This document shows positions 10,362 to 20,520 of a DNA stretch of 64,000 nt, one piece after another. The stretch is from Methylobacter sp. (GTDB lineage Bacteria > Pseudomonadota > Gammaproteobacteria > Methylococcales > Methylomonadaceae). Location: positions 5,992 through 69,991 of the forward strand of contig PERF01000001.1 of the NCBI GenBank assembly GCA_002928495.1, in the 5' to 3' direction. The notes under the pieces were generated by a model. The model searched no databases and had not been told where the DNA came from. It saw only the letters and a program-made list of their open reading frames with translations. A program made the position numbers and the translations under genes. The first letter of the stretch is position 1, and each line of letters begins with the position of its first letter.

Positions 10362-13300
10362 ATGCTATATTTAGAATGTGCCTGGATTGTGTTGTTGGTC
10401 CGCGCCATGAAACATTTGGTTTGGTTTTTATTGATGAATTTACACAATCGCACCGGTTCCGGCAGATTTATTTTTGCTTTAGTTTTCCTGCTAATTTTTC
10501 TGGGCAGCCGGATTGCCGTGCCTTTTCAGTTAATCCCCGATACAGCATTGGGTATATGGCCTTTATCAGGTATTTATCTCGCCTTGGCCATCGCTTTAAA
10601 TTTTAAAAGCTGGCCGATTATTTTTGTTTTCAATGTGTTGGCATTTTTATACAGCTCTCCCGCAGGTGAGCTTGCAGATCCCGCAACGATAACCATTGCC
10701 GGCATTTGCAGTATTTTTCAAGCGGGTATGGGCGCATGGCTGGTAAAGCGTTTGGCTTTTTACCCTGGTTTGTTAACGTCGATCCGGCAAATAATCGGCT
10801 TTTTCGTGGTATCGGCTGTGTTGCCTTCGGTTATGCCGGCTTCGGTATGGACATTTTGGCTTTATCATATTCAAGTGATAGAGCTGTCCGGGGCTTGGTC
10901 TTTCTTTTTCTTATTTTGGTTGAGCGCATGCACTAGTATCGCTGTGTATACTCCACTGAGTTTTTTGATCCTTGAACGTAAAAATACTGTTTGGAAACGC
11001 AGGACTTTTTCAATAACAATTCCCTTACTGGTTTTGTTAAGCATTGTATTTTCATGCAATTGGTATATACAAACCAAGGAACAAGAACGCTTGCAACGCC
11101 AAATTGAGGAGCAGGCGGCCGGAATTAAAAATAATTTACAAAACGTCTTCAATCAACAGATGGATGTTTTGGGGTTATATAAAACCATGCTGATACAGCA
11201 GCAGCCGGTAACAGACACATTCTTTCAATCATTTTTGCAATCCAGTCGCGTACGTTATCCCGCGATTGAAAGCATACGGTCGTTTAAAGCCCAACGGCAA
11301 AATAATGAGATTGTTTACCGGGATGGTGAGGTTTCAATTGTTAATGCCGGTTTAAATGCAGTCGGTTTGAGCGATTTGGCATCCGGAAACGAGATATTTC
11401 GCATCGAAAACGGAGTAATCAAAGCTTTTTTACCCAATATCGCATCAGGCCCGGGTAGCTGTAATTGTTTGCAAAGTATCGTTGCCGGCGAATTCAGTGT
11501 TGAGGAATTGGTGCATCAAGCCATCATGGCAGCGCAGGCGCGCGAGACTTCAGTAACGCTGCAAAAAGCCAATAGCTTCATTTACCAATCCAGTCAGTCC
11601 AGGAAAGCTTTGAATTTAAAGCATTTAAGCTATGCCGAGTTGTTTTCCCTGGCCAGAGATGTGGTATTGCTGACGGTAACTCCCGATGATGAGGCATTGA
11701 ATGCTCGCTATTATTGGTTTTTTTGGATACTGATGGCTGGTAGTCTGTTTTTGACAGGGTTTGTCAGTCTGGGATTGCTTGTCTTAACCGGTAATACGGA
11801 AACCGTGCGCGAACAAGTCGACAAACGTACTGAGGACCTCGCGCTTATCAACCGGCGGTTGAAAGCCAGCGAACAACAGTTCAGGAACTTGGTTCAAGCC
11901 CAATCCGCAATTGTTTGGCGGGTTGACCCTGTCAGTTTGCGATTTATGTTTGTCAGCGATGAGGCCGAAGTGATGCTGGGGTATCCGGTACAAAGTTGGC
12001 TGGACGATCCGTTGTTTTGGCAAAGCCACATACACGAAGATGACCGTGAACGTGCAATTGCCTACTGTCTGGAAAAAACCCGACAGCGTGTGGATCATGA
12101 TTTTGAATATCGTATGGTTGCCGTTGATGGCCGGGTGGTTTGGCTGCGCGATTTCGTCAATCTGATCATCGAAGAGAATGAGCTGAAGGAAATGGTCGGG
12201 TTTATGATTGATGTTACCCGGCAAAAAGAAACCGAAGAGCAGCTACGTTTGGCGGCAATTACCTTTGATTGTTTGCAAAGTGTCATGATTACCGATCAAA
12301 AAGCCAGAATATTACAAGTTAATCAAGCATTTACTGAAATAACCGGGTACTCTAAAGAAGACGTTATCGGTAAGCGGCCGAGTTTGCTAAAATCCGGTAA
12401 ACACGATGAACATTTCTACAACCGACTTTGGCAACAATTAACCACGGTCGGCAGATTCGAGGGTGAAATCTGGAATAAACGCAAAGACGACCGGATTTAT
12501 CCGGAGTGGAAAACCATTACCGCAGTAAAAAACCCCAAAGGTGAAACCACGCATTATGTATCGGTAGGCACGGACATTACCGAAAAGAAAAACGCCGAAA
12601 GCAAAATTTACAATATGGCGTTTTACGATCCGTTAACCGCCTTACCCAACCGGCGTCTGCTGCTTGATCGGTTTGAACAAGAGTTGACAGTGGCGCGCCG
12701 GCACAAACAATACGGCGCGGTGATCTTTTTCGACCTGGATTATTTTAAACTATTGAATGATTCGCTTGGTCATCATGTTGGCGATGAATTATTAGTTCAG
12801 GTCGCCAATCGCTTGATTTCGGTAATACGAGATGAAGACACCCCGGCACGCTTGGGCGGCGATGAGTTTGTGGTTTTGCTGCATGCCAATTGGTCAAGCT
12901 TGGCTGCCGCGGCAGACCAGGTTTTTGTAATTGCCGAAAAAATCCGGCAAGCCTTAAATAAAACCTTCCAATTGGGGGTGCACGAACACAGCATTTCCTC
13001 CAGCATGGGTATCGCCTTGTTTCCGGACAGCCAAGAACATCCGGAAGCCATCTTACAACAAGCCGATACCGCAATGTACCGGTCTAAGGAAAGCGGCCGC
13101 AATGCGGTCAATTTTTTCCATCCCAGCATGCAGGAGAAGGCGGATTTGCGTTTGAAGCTGGAGAAGGATTTAAGGACGGCTTACGAAAACGATCAATTTG
13201 TGCTGTATTTCCAACCGCAGTTTGATATTCATCAAAATATTTTTGGGGTTGAGGCACTGATTCGTTGGCGGCGTGGGGATCAGTTCTTATCTCCCGACAG

Positions 13301-13937
13301 TTTCATTCCTGTTGCCGAGGAGAGTAGTTGTATCGAATTTATCGGCCATTGGGTTTTACATGCTGCTTGTAAACAAATGCAAGATTGGCGAATATTGGGC
13401 TTTCAATTACCGCGTATGTCAATCAATGTCAGTCTTCGCCAGTTTAAGCAGCACAACTTTGTCGAGCAGTTACGGCAAATTCTGCTGGACTATGCTGTCG
13501 AGCCGCGTCACATTGGTATCGAGTTGACTGAAAGCGCCATTAATGAGGACATGAATTCAGCCGTGAGTAAGATTGCGGCATTGAAAAAACTTGGCGTTGC
13601 GGTGGCAATTGACGATTTCGGCATGGGGTATTCATCATTAGCCCGGCTAAAGCAACTGCCGATTGATGAGATTAAAATTGATAAAAGTTTTGTTGCCGAT
13701 ATTTTGATTGATCCCAACGATACTGTGGTGGTTAACGCCATCATCGGCATCGGAAAAAATTTAGGCTTGCGAACCATTGCTGAAGGGGTAGAGAGCAAAG
13801 AGCAGCTTGAAGTTCTGAAAAAACAAGGCTGCCAAGCTTTTCAAGGGTATTATTTCAGCAAACCTTTAGAGCCTGAAAATCTGGCCAATCGTTTTTTATC
13901 GCACAATCTTACAAGACAGCCAACCATTAATTCATAG
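10362..13937 (+). CDS. sensor diguanylate cyclase/phosphodiesterase (MASE1-like membrane domain, 2 PAS, GGDEF, EAL)
   Basis: Polytopic N-terminus (IWPLSGIYLALAI), PAS regions, RLGGDEF with an RDED I-site, and the EAL motifs EALIRW and DDFGMGYSS. An alternative start is ATG 10407. Confidence 0.9.
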   Translation: MLYLECAWIVLLVRAMKHLVWFLLMNLHNRTGSGRFIFALVFLLIFLGSRIAVPFQLIPDTALGIWPLSGIYLALAIALNFKSWPIIFVFNVLAFLYSSPAGELADPATITIAGICSIFQAGMGAWLVKRLAFYPGLLTSIRQIIGFFVVSAVLPSVMPASVWTFWLYHIQVIELSGAWSFFFLFWLSACTSIAVYTPLSFLILERKNTVWKRRTFSITIPLLVLLSIVFSCNWYIQTKEQERLQRQIEEQAAGIKNNLQNVFNQQMDVLGLYKTMLIQQQPVTDTFFQSFLQSSRVRYPAIESIRSFKAQRQNNEIVYRDGEVSIVNAGLNAVGLSDLASGNEIFRIENGVIKAFLPNIASGPGSCNCLQSIVAGEFSVEELVHQAIMAAQARETSVTLQKANSFIYQSSQSRKALNLKHLSYAELFSLARDVVLLTVTPDDEALNARYYWFFWILMAGSLFLTGFVSLGLLVLTGNTETVREQVDKRTEDLALINRRLKASEQQFRNLVQAQSAIVWRVDPVSLRFMFVSDEAEVMLGYPVQSWLDDPLFWQSHIHEDDRERAIAYCLEKTRQRVDHDFEYRMVAVDGRVVWLRDFVNLIIEENELKEMVGFMIDVTRQKETEEQLRLAAITFDCLQSVMITDQKARILQVNQAFTEITGYSKEDVIGKRPSLLKSGKHDEHFYNRLWQQLTTVGRFEGEIWNKRKDDRIYPEWKTITAVKNPKGETTHYVSVGTDITEKKNAESKIYNMAFYDPLTALPNRRLLLDRFEQELTVARRHKQYGAVIFFDLDYFKLLNDSLGHHVGDELLVQVANRLISVIRDEDTPARLGGDEFVVLLHANWSSLAAAADQVFVIAEKIRQALNKTFQLGVHEHSISSSMGIALFPDSQEHPEAILQQADTAMYRSKESGRNAVNFFHPSMQEKADLRLKLEKDLRTAYENDQFVLYFQPQFDIHQNIFGVEALIRWRRGDQFLSPDSFIPVAEESSCIEFIGHWVLHAACKQMQDWRILGFQLPRMSINVSLRQFKQHNFVEQLRQILLDYAVEPRHIGIELTESAINEDMNSAVSKIAALKKLGVAVAIDDFGMGYSSLARLKQLPIDEIKIDKSFVADILIDPNDTVVVNAIIGIGKNLGLRTIAEGVESKEQLEVLKKQGCQAFQGYYFSKPLEPENLANRFLSHNLTRQPTINS

Positions 13938-13978
13938 TTTAATAAAGCCAGCCCAACCTAACGGATAAAATCACCTCA

Positions 13979-14881
13979 ATGTCGCATTCAAATTCGATTA
14001 AAGCCATTTTCTATGCCTTTACTGCCAATCTCGGTATTGCTATAGCCAAATCCTTAGCCGCCATGTGGACCGGCTCAGGATCATTATTGGCAGAGGCTAT
14101 CCATTCATTTGCGGATTGTGCAAATCAGTTGCTGCTGTATGTGGGGCTGCTCAGAGCCGACAAAAAGCCGACGTTAAAGCATCCCATGGGCTTTGGCAGA
14201 GAATCCTACATCTGGTCGATGATGGTGGCTTTTACATTATTTTCAGTAGGCGGGTTATTTTCCATCTACGAAGGCATCGAACGCATCGCGGATGGACACG
14301 AATTAGAAAATACCGGCGTTGCCTTGCTAGTATTGGCTGCTGCTGTCGGTCTGGAGGCATTTTCGCTTAACGGCGCCTTGTCCGCGTTAAAAGAGGAAAG
14401 AGCGGAGCGACCATTGTGGCAATGGTTTAAAGAAACTTATTCCAGTGAACTGATGGTGATTGTCGGTGAAGATATTGCCGCATTGCTGGGACTGGTCATT
14501 GCTTTTATCATGCTGGGTTTATCGGTTTTGACAGGAAATCCGTTTTATGACGCTTTGGGTTCAATGATAATCGGACTCCTATTAGTTGCCGTGGCATTTG
14601 TTGTTGGTCGTGAGGTGCACTCCTTACTATTAGGTGAAGTTGCGCAAGATATTCAAACAGGTGTCATTGAATTTCTTAAAATTCAACCCGAAATTGTTAA
14701 TGTGCTCAATATTTGGGCAATAAATCATGGCAATGGCGTTATGCTGGCGGTTAAAGCGGAATTTATTGCCGACTTGCAGGTTGCTCACGCCGTTACCAAA
14801 ATCAATGCCATGGAGCAGGAGATTAAACGGCTGTTCCCGCGCGTTAAATGGATTTTTTTCGAATTAGATAGCCAAGACTAA
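13979..14881 (+). CDS. cation diffusion facilitator family transporter
   Basis: Six predicted TM helices with the HSFADCANQ motif in TM2 and a C-terminal cytoplasmic domain. Confidence 0.85.
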   Translation: MSHSNSIKAIFYAFTANLGIAIAKSLAAMWTGSGSLLAEAIHSFADCANQLLLYVGLLRADKKPTLKHPMGFGRESYIWSMMVAFTLFSVGGLFSIYEGIERIADGHELENTGVALLVLAAAVGLEAFSLNGALSALKEERAERPLWQWFKETYSSELMVIVGEDIAALLGLVIAFIMLGLSVLTGNPFYDALGSMIIGLLLVAVAFVVGREVHSLLLGEVAQDIQTGVIEFLKIQPEIVNVLNIWAINHGNGVMLAVKAEFIADLQVAHAVTKINAMEQEIKRLFPRVKWIFFELDSQD

Positions 14882-15021
14882 AATCGGCATTGCCGTTTTT
14901 CACAGCGTCAACCAACCGGCAGGGTGTAAACACTTTGCCGGCATTAAGATTTTCTCAACGAACTTGTTTTAACTTCAAGCGATAAATTGTGGGTGGTCAT
15001 GTGCTTGTCATTTTGCTGTAT

Positions 15022-15046
15022 TAGACTTATAAAAATAAGTCTTTTA
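15022..15046 (+). terminator. weak AT-rich hairpin with a T run downstream of the CDF gene
   Basis: AGACTTAT-aaaa-ATAAGTCT followed by TTT. The stem is 8 bp and entirely AT-rich. Confidence 0.3.
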
Positions 15047-15375
15047 ACCCGCCATGGCTTATTTCGGGTTCAAGGTTTTGTTTGAATAGCAGTTTGTCGG
15101 CCCAACATCGGAGTTAGATTTTCTAAGTTTTTCAAGGCTTTAATTGCTAAGGATTGTTGGCGCTGCTTTGGGCGAATGATGGCAATCCTATACGGAAATA
15201 CTGTACCCGGAAATAATAAAAAGAATGCAATTAACCCCTGCTTGTCGGCAGTTATGTAAAATTTTTTGCTAATCGCTAATTTATTGTGTGCCGGTTGATG
15301 CTTTCGCATGACTCAAGGTTATGGGAAAAAAGAAATTCCTTTTTCAACAGTAGTAAAAAATGGAGGGCTTAGGTT

Positions 15376-17754
15376 ATGTATCAGGTTATTTGTCTTATCG
15401 CGGTTTTAGCTCTGACTGTTAGTCCTGCAAAGTCCGGTCAAAACGAAAAGCCGTCGGTCGGGCTTTTTCCTTCCGTTGCAGATAAAGCCAAATCAACCGA
15501 ACCATTTCAAAAAAAACCGGATTTATTACAAAAAATGGATAAAAATTTACTGGATTTGGAGGATGAGTTTCAGGCTTATTCTGCCAAAGGCAGTAAAGCC
15601 GGGTTTCTTTCACGAAACCGTGCGCTAATGATAAAGAGTAATCACTATGTTGTGATTGATGTCATTGCCGCGCTGGATAGTAAAGAGACGGTTCAGGCAT
15701 TACAAAATGTCGGCTGCCGCCAAATATCGAGTTTCCAAAGGGTTATATCCGCCGAATGCCCGATTGATGCACTGAAAAAATTAGCCTTGGAAGCCACGGT
15801 TAAGTTTATGCGTCCGGCCATGATGCGGCATCATACCGGTCTGGTTAATAGCCAGGGTGATACAGCCCTGCGCGCGGATCTAGCCCGAAGCAACCTGGGA
15901 TTGTCCGGCAGCGGGATTACCATTGGCACCCTGTCGGACAGCTATAATTGCAATTCAACAGCTTCGACTAGTGCGGCTAGCGATGTTGCCAGCGGTGATT
16001 TACCTGCCGGGGTTTTAGTACTGAATGATTTGGCGGTCGGAACCCCCGGTTGCACGGATGAGGGAAGGGCCATGATGCAATTAGAGCATGATGTAGCCCC
16101 CAATGCGGCTTTAGCTTTCCATACAGCAAATCTTGGCGCAGCTTCATTTGCTAACGGTATCCTGGCATTACGCAATAATGCAAACTCAGACATCATCGTC
16201 GATGATTTGATTTACTTGGACGAACCCATGTTCCAGGATGGCATTATCGCTCAAGCCGTTGATCAAGTCGTCAATGCCGGGGCAAAATACTTTTCTTCGG
16301 CCGGTAATGAAACGCGTGAATCTTATCAACAAAATTTCCGGGCCAGCGGTTTAGTAGAGTCGATTTTTGGTGGGGAATTACACGATTTTGATTCCGGCGC
16401 CGGTGTTGACGTTTATCAACGCATTACTGTACCGCCGGGGATATCCAGTATTTCATTTCAATGGAGCGAGCCATTCTTCTCAGTAAGCGGATCACCCGGT
16501 TCGGCATCGGATTATGACATCTGGATATGCACCAGTGATACGCAACCGGTTGACTCGGCAAATTGTCCGTTTCAGGGGCCTTTTGCCAATGTTGGGGGGG
16601 ATCCGGTGGAGTTGGTTGCCGTTGATGGCGGCCAAAGCGGCGCTACCTTATATTTGGCCATGTCCAAATTTACCGGTACGGCCAATAATTTTTTAAAATA
16701 TATTATTTTCAACCCCAGTGTTGTCATCAATGAGTACGCTACTAACAGCAGCACTTTGTTCGGCCATGCGAATAGCGAGGGGGCTGAAGCGGTCGGGGCG
16801 GCTGCCTATAATCAGACGCCCGCTTTTGGCGTATCGCCTCCGATACTGGAGAGTTTTTCGTCGGCCGGCGGCACTCAAATTCTGTTCGACATAACAGGCG
16901 CGGCAATCACAGCGTTAACGCGCCAAAAACCGGAAATTGTGGCTCCGGACGGTGGGAATACAACTTTTTTCTTCAGCGACAGCACTATCGATGCCGATAA
17001 CTTACCCAATTTTTTTGGCACATCCGCTGCAGCGCCACATGCCGCCGCGGTAGCCGCGCTAATATTGGAGGCGAATGGCGGAACAGCCTCGGCTATTCCA
17101 TCAGCAATCTATACGGCATTGGAAAATACCGCCCTGGATATGAATACCTCCGGATTTGATTTTGACTCCGGTTATGGTTTTATTCAAGCCGATGCCGCCG
17201 TCATTCGTTTGGCTGATCCCGATGGCGATGCAGTGCTAAACCGTATTGAAATTACCGGTTGCAGTAGTGAAATCGATAAAGACAGTGATGACGACGGCCT
17301 GTCTGATGGTGATGAAGATACTAATCACGACGGTTTAGTAAATAATGGCGAAACCGATCCATGCAATACCGATACCGATAATGACGGCATTCAAGATGGA
17401 ACGGAATTAGGCAGGACCGCACCGATTGCTGACCCGGACGGAGCCGGGCCTTTGTCAGGTACTAATATTACTGTTTTTATTGCCGATGCCGATCCGTCCA
17501 CGACTACAACAGCGCTGCTTGCTGACACCGATGGAGACGGCTTTAGCGATGGTGCCGAAGACATTAACCATAACGGGAGATTCGATTCCGGGGAATCTAA
17601 TCCGTTGAGCGCTGCTTCAATTCCCAGTTCATTAAATCAAAGGACTGTGCCGGCGTTACCTGCTTGGGCCATGGCGCTTTTAGCCTTAGGTTTATTGTTG
17701 CAGCTCTATATTATTCGGCAAGTCTTGCCAGCTAGGCTTAGAAGCCAGCGTTAA
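15376..17754 (+). CDS. secreted subtilisin-like (S8) serine protease with TSP3-type calcium-binding repeats and a C-terminal sorting signal
   Basis: GGAGGG RBS and a signal peptide. It carries the GTSAAAPHAAAVAAL subtilase Ser motif and DxDxDG repeats (DTDNDGIQDG, DTDGDGFSDG). The C-terminus is VPALPAWAM, then a hydrophobic helix, then RLRSQR. Confidence 0.85.
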   Translation: MYQVICLIAVLALTVSPAKSGQNEKPSVGLFPSVADKAKSTEPFQKKPDLLQKMDKNLLDLEDEFQAYSAKGSKAGFLSRNRALMIKSNHYVVIDVIAALDSKETVQALQNVGCRQISSFQRVISAECPIDALKKLALEATVKFMRPAMMRHHTGLVNSQGDTALRADLARSNLGLSGSGITIGTLSDSYNCNSTASTSAASDVASGDLPAGVLVLNDLAVGTPGCTDEGRAMMQLEHDVAPNAALAFHTANLGAASFANGILALRNNANSDIIVDDLIYLDEPMFQDGIIAQAVDQVVNAGAKYFSSAGNETRESYQQNFRASGLVESIFGGELHDFDSGAGVDVYQRITVPPGISSISFQWSEPFFSVSGSPGSASDYDIWICTSDTQPVDSANCPFQGPFANVGGDPVELVAVDGGQSGATLYLAMSKFTGTANNFLKYIIFNPSVVINEYATNSSTLFGHANSEGAEAVGAAAYNQTPAFGVSPPILESFSSAGGTQILFDITGAAITALTRQKPEIVAPDGGNTTFFFSDSTIDADNLPNFFGTSAAAPHAAAVAALILEANGGTASAIPSAIYTALENTALDMNTSGFDFDSGYGFIQADAAVIRLADPDGDAVLNRIEITGCSSEIDKDSDDDGLSDGDEDTNHDGLVNNGETDPCNTDTDNDGIQDGTELGRTAPIADPDGAGPLSGTNITVFIADADPSTTTTALLADTDGDGFSDGAEDINHNGRFDSGESNPLSAASIPSSLNQRTVPALPAWAMALLALGLLLQLYIIRQVLPARLRSQR

Positions 17755-17904
17755 AAAACAGCAAGGGTATTGGGTTTGCTTGATTTGGCTTTATAAGCTT
17801 GAAAAACTCATGTTCTCGTGTTTCGAAAATCAATGCAAGTTGAACTACCGCAATAACGGCTAATGCTTGAAGGGCTGAAACTTCAGTGAGGCTTTTACGC
17901 ACAA

Positions 17905-17945
17905 TAAAAAACCCGCTAAGCCAGTAAGCTTGCGGGTTTATATAT
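17905..17945. terminator. bidirectional rho-independent terminator (S8 protease / tRNA-Leu)
   Basis: The AAACCCGC(t)AAGC-cagtaa-GCTTGCGGGTTT stem is flanked by an A run upstream and a T run downstream. Confidence 0.7.
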
Positions 17946-17972
17946 TTCTTTGCACTTTGCTGTATTCTCGGT

Positions 17973-18059
17973 TGGTACCGAGGGTCGGAATCGAACCGAC
18001 ACGATGTCACCATCACCGGATTTTGAATCCGGCGCGTCTACCAGTTCCGCCACCCCGGC
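17973..18059 (-). tRNA. tRNA-Leu (anticodon CAA)
   Basis: Hand-folded cloverleaf with acceptor GCCGGGG/CCTCGGT, anticodon loop TTCAAAA, a long variable arm, T-loop GTTCGATTC and an encoded CCA. Confidence 0.9.
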
Positions 18060-18155
18060 AAAGAAGTCCTATTATAGGGTAACAAGTTTTTTTATGCTAG
18101 ATTATTTTTTACAGTTTTATGAATCCAACGCCAACTTTTTAACCTAAATCAAAAG

Positions 18156-19430
18156 TCATAACGCACCGATGGCACGGCGTAGTTTTAATTTTGCCAGAGT
18201 GGCATCGTAGTTGGCGTTATTCAGATTGTCATGTGCGGCTATGCGCTGATCTTCCGCTTTAATCACATCGGTATTGGTAGATAAACCTTGATGGTAGCGA
18301 TCTTTGGTTACCCGCATATTTTCATCGGCTTGCTCAATGGCTTTTTGCGTCACTGAAATTCGCTTTTCGGTTTCCTGCACATCAAGCCAGGCTTGCCTAA
18401 CTTGTAGCGTGATTTTACTGGTTAAATCATCACGCTGCTCCTTCATGGAAATAGCTTGGCGGCTTATAGCATCACTTTGGTGCTTAACGCTGTTATCGAA
18501 AAGTTTCCATTGAACCCCGGCGCCTACCGACCAGATGCCTTGAAAAGCCTGAAAGCGGTTTTGCTGGTATTGATAGCCGCCATTAAGATCAACTTGCGGT
18601 AAATTAGCCGCTTTGACACTAGCCGATTGTTGTTCCAACGACTCAATTTGCTGACTGACCGCTGCCAATTCCGGGCGTTGCTTAACCGCTAAATGATTAA
18701 GTTCATTGAGCGAATCGGCCGGGGCGGCGGGGAAACTGTGTTCAAGTGTTACTTCTTGCGCCAAATCACGATCCAGAAGCTGGTTATAATTGGCTTTGGC
18801 AATATCGAGCCGGTTACTGGCTTGAACCACTAATTGCTCGGCATTGACTAATTCAACATTGGCCGCCAGCTGGTCATTCTTGGCAACCACGCCTTGATCA
18901 TAAAGATTGTTTACATCCTGCAAATGCGCGGACAGACTTTCAGCATGGTTTTTTGCCACTTGTAATGCACTTTGGGCCCGCAGCACCGTAACATAAGCGT
19001 CGGCAACTTGCATTTTAATGTCTTGCGTGGAGGCGTCCTCGTTGTGATGAGCTGCTTCCAAGGACGCTTCGGCGGCGCTTATGTTGTGACTGATACGGCC
19101 GCTGGTAAATACCGGAACAGTGGCTAATGCCTGTGCTTTAAAGCTACCGGCTTCATTAACAGGAAAACGCACCGTTTGTCCGGCAATTTGAGTCTCTGCT
19201 GAGGGCGTTTCACTCTGCTGTGTATAATTGCCGCCCACATTTACCTGCGGCAACCTTTGACTTCTAGCCGATTCAAGTTGCTCTTCCGATGCACTGGTAT
19301 TTATTTGGGCGGCTTTAATTTGGTGATTATTGTCTAACGCAATGTTCCAAGCATTTTCTAAACTTTCTGCATGTAAACCCTGGGAAAATAAAGCCAAGCA
19401 AAAAATTAAATAGCGTTGGTTTAAAAACAT
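18156..19430 (-). CDS. TolC family outer membrane channel protein
   Basis: Signal peptide (MFLNQRYLIFCLALFSQGLHA) and two internally repeated OMF halves. ATG 19430 is preceded by a GAGG RBS; the ORF track begins at TTG 19448. Confidence 0.88.
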   Translation of the reverse strand: MFLNQRYLIFCLALFSQGLHAESLENAWNIALDNNHQIKAAQINTSASEEQLESARSQRLPQVNVGGNYTQQSETPSAETQIAGQTVRFPVNEAGSFKAQALATVPVFTSGRISHNISAAEASLEAAHHNEDASTQDIKMQVADAYVTVLRAQSALQVAKNHAESLSAHLQDVNNLYDQGVVAKNDQLAANVELVNAEQLVVQASNRLDIAKANYNQLLDRDLAQEVTLEHSFPAAPADSLNELNHLAVKQRPELAAVSQQIESLEQQSASVKAANLPQVDLNGGYQYQQNRFQAFQGIWSVGAGVQWKLFDNSVKHQSDAISRQAISMKEQRDDLTSKITLQVRQAWLDVQETEKRISVTQKAIEQADENMRVTKDRYHQGLSTNTDVIKAEDQRIAAHDNLNNANYDATLAKLKLRRAIGAL

Positions 19431-19557
19431 AGGTGACCTCAAGCTCAATGCGAATGTTGTTTATCCCTAAATTATAGCTTTTTTATCATAAAGTTAATGT
19501 TAAAACTTAAAGAAAACATTAAGTTTTTGATTTTAGTGTTTTACAAATTGAGAGTTT

Positions 19558-20520
19558 TTATTTGTTGTCCGGAGTATAAATCTCCAGATGCGGCTGCTTA
19601 ACCGGTGCTTCGTGACTTTCGCTATCATCGGAAGTCCGTGGCAGTTTGCTCGAATTATCGATGACCGGCGGCAATTGTTTAGTCTCGCCGGTTTCAGAAA
19701 TGGGTCCGGAGGCGGCGTTTTTATCTTCAGGTTTGCTGGTCGCGCCGTCTAAGTCATTCTCGAAATCAATGTCTAAACTATCGTCTTCAGGCAAGTTACC
19801 GTCGTATAACAAGTATTTTCTTCGCTGCAGATATGAGCTCTTGATAAACTCGTAACGGTCTACAGCGGCTTCTTGTACGATGGATTCAGTTGTCAACAAG
19901 CCGGCCCTGGTGTCTGCAAGGTCAACAACTCCGGTTCCTAGTGAAGCGACACTGGCCGCGCCGCCGGAAATAAGCACGGTATAGGTGAGTGGATTGAGTA
20001 ATGCATCGCCGATTAATCCCACGGTCTCCCTGGGCGTGCTGGGGCCGACAAACGGTAAAACCCAGTATGGGCCGGTAGGAACCCCCCAAAATCCTAACGT
20101 TTGTCCGAAGTCTTCATGGTGTTTCGGCAGATCCAACTCTTGTGCAACATCAAATATACCCACTAGACCAGCCGTGGTATTGACGACAAAACGGGCAAGA
20201 TCCATGCAACCCTGGGTGGCTTTTAATTGTAAAAAATCATTTACGGTTACGCCGATATCGCTCAGATTACTGAAAAAGTTCGTTACGCTTTTATCAACAG
20301 CTTCAGGCGTTATTTTTAAATATCCCTCTGCCAAGGGTTTGACGATGGTTTTGTCGAGATCGTCGTTAAAATCCTGTGTTCCGCGATTCCAGCCTTCCCA
20401 GGGATCATTGGGATCGGGCTTTACTAAATCTTTGGAGGAGCAACCCGATAGATAATAAGCTATAGCCAAACAACAGAATAGCGTTTTATTTTTTCTATAG
20501 GTTTTGTTGTGTTTGACCAT
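19558..20520 (-). CDS. mlaA: MlaA/VacJ family lipoprotein with an acidic C-terminal extension
   Basis: Lipobox LSGCSS and the DPWEGWNRGTQDFNDDLDKTIVKPLAEGY signature. The probable start is ATG 20520, so the upstream part of the ORF (to 20619) is unlikely to be coding. Confidence 0.85.
   Translation of the reverse strand: MVKHNKTYRKNKTLFCCLAIAYYLSGCSSKDLVKPDPNDPWEGWNRGTQDFNDDLDKTIVKPLAEGYLKITPEAVDKSVTNFFSNLSDIGVTVNDFLQLKATQGCMDLARFVVNTTAGLVGIFDVAQELDLPKHHEDFGQTLGFWGVPTGPYWVLPFVGPSTPRETVGLIGDALLNPLTYTVLISGGAASVASLGTGVVDLADTRAGLLTTESIVQEAAVDRYEFIKSSYLQRRKYLLYDGNLPEDDSLDIDFENDLDGATSKPEDKNAASGPISETGETKQLPPVIDNSSKLPRTSDDSESHEAPVKQPHLEIYTPDNK

Noticed and set aside
15070-15309. A 79-aa minus-strand ORF in the long spacer upstream of the S8 protease
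   Set aside because: It has no RBS, no recognisable motif, and an odd composition. It is more likely promoter or leader DNA for the protease gene.
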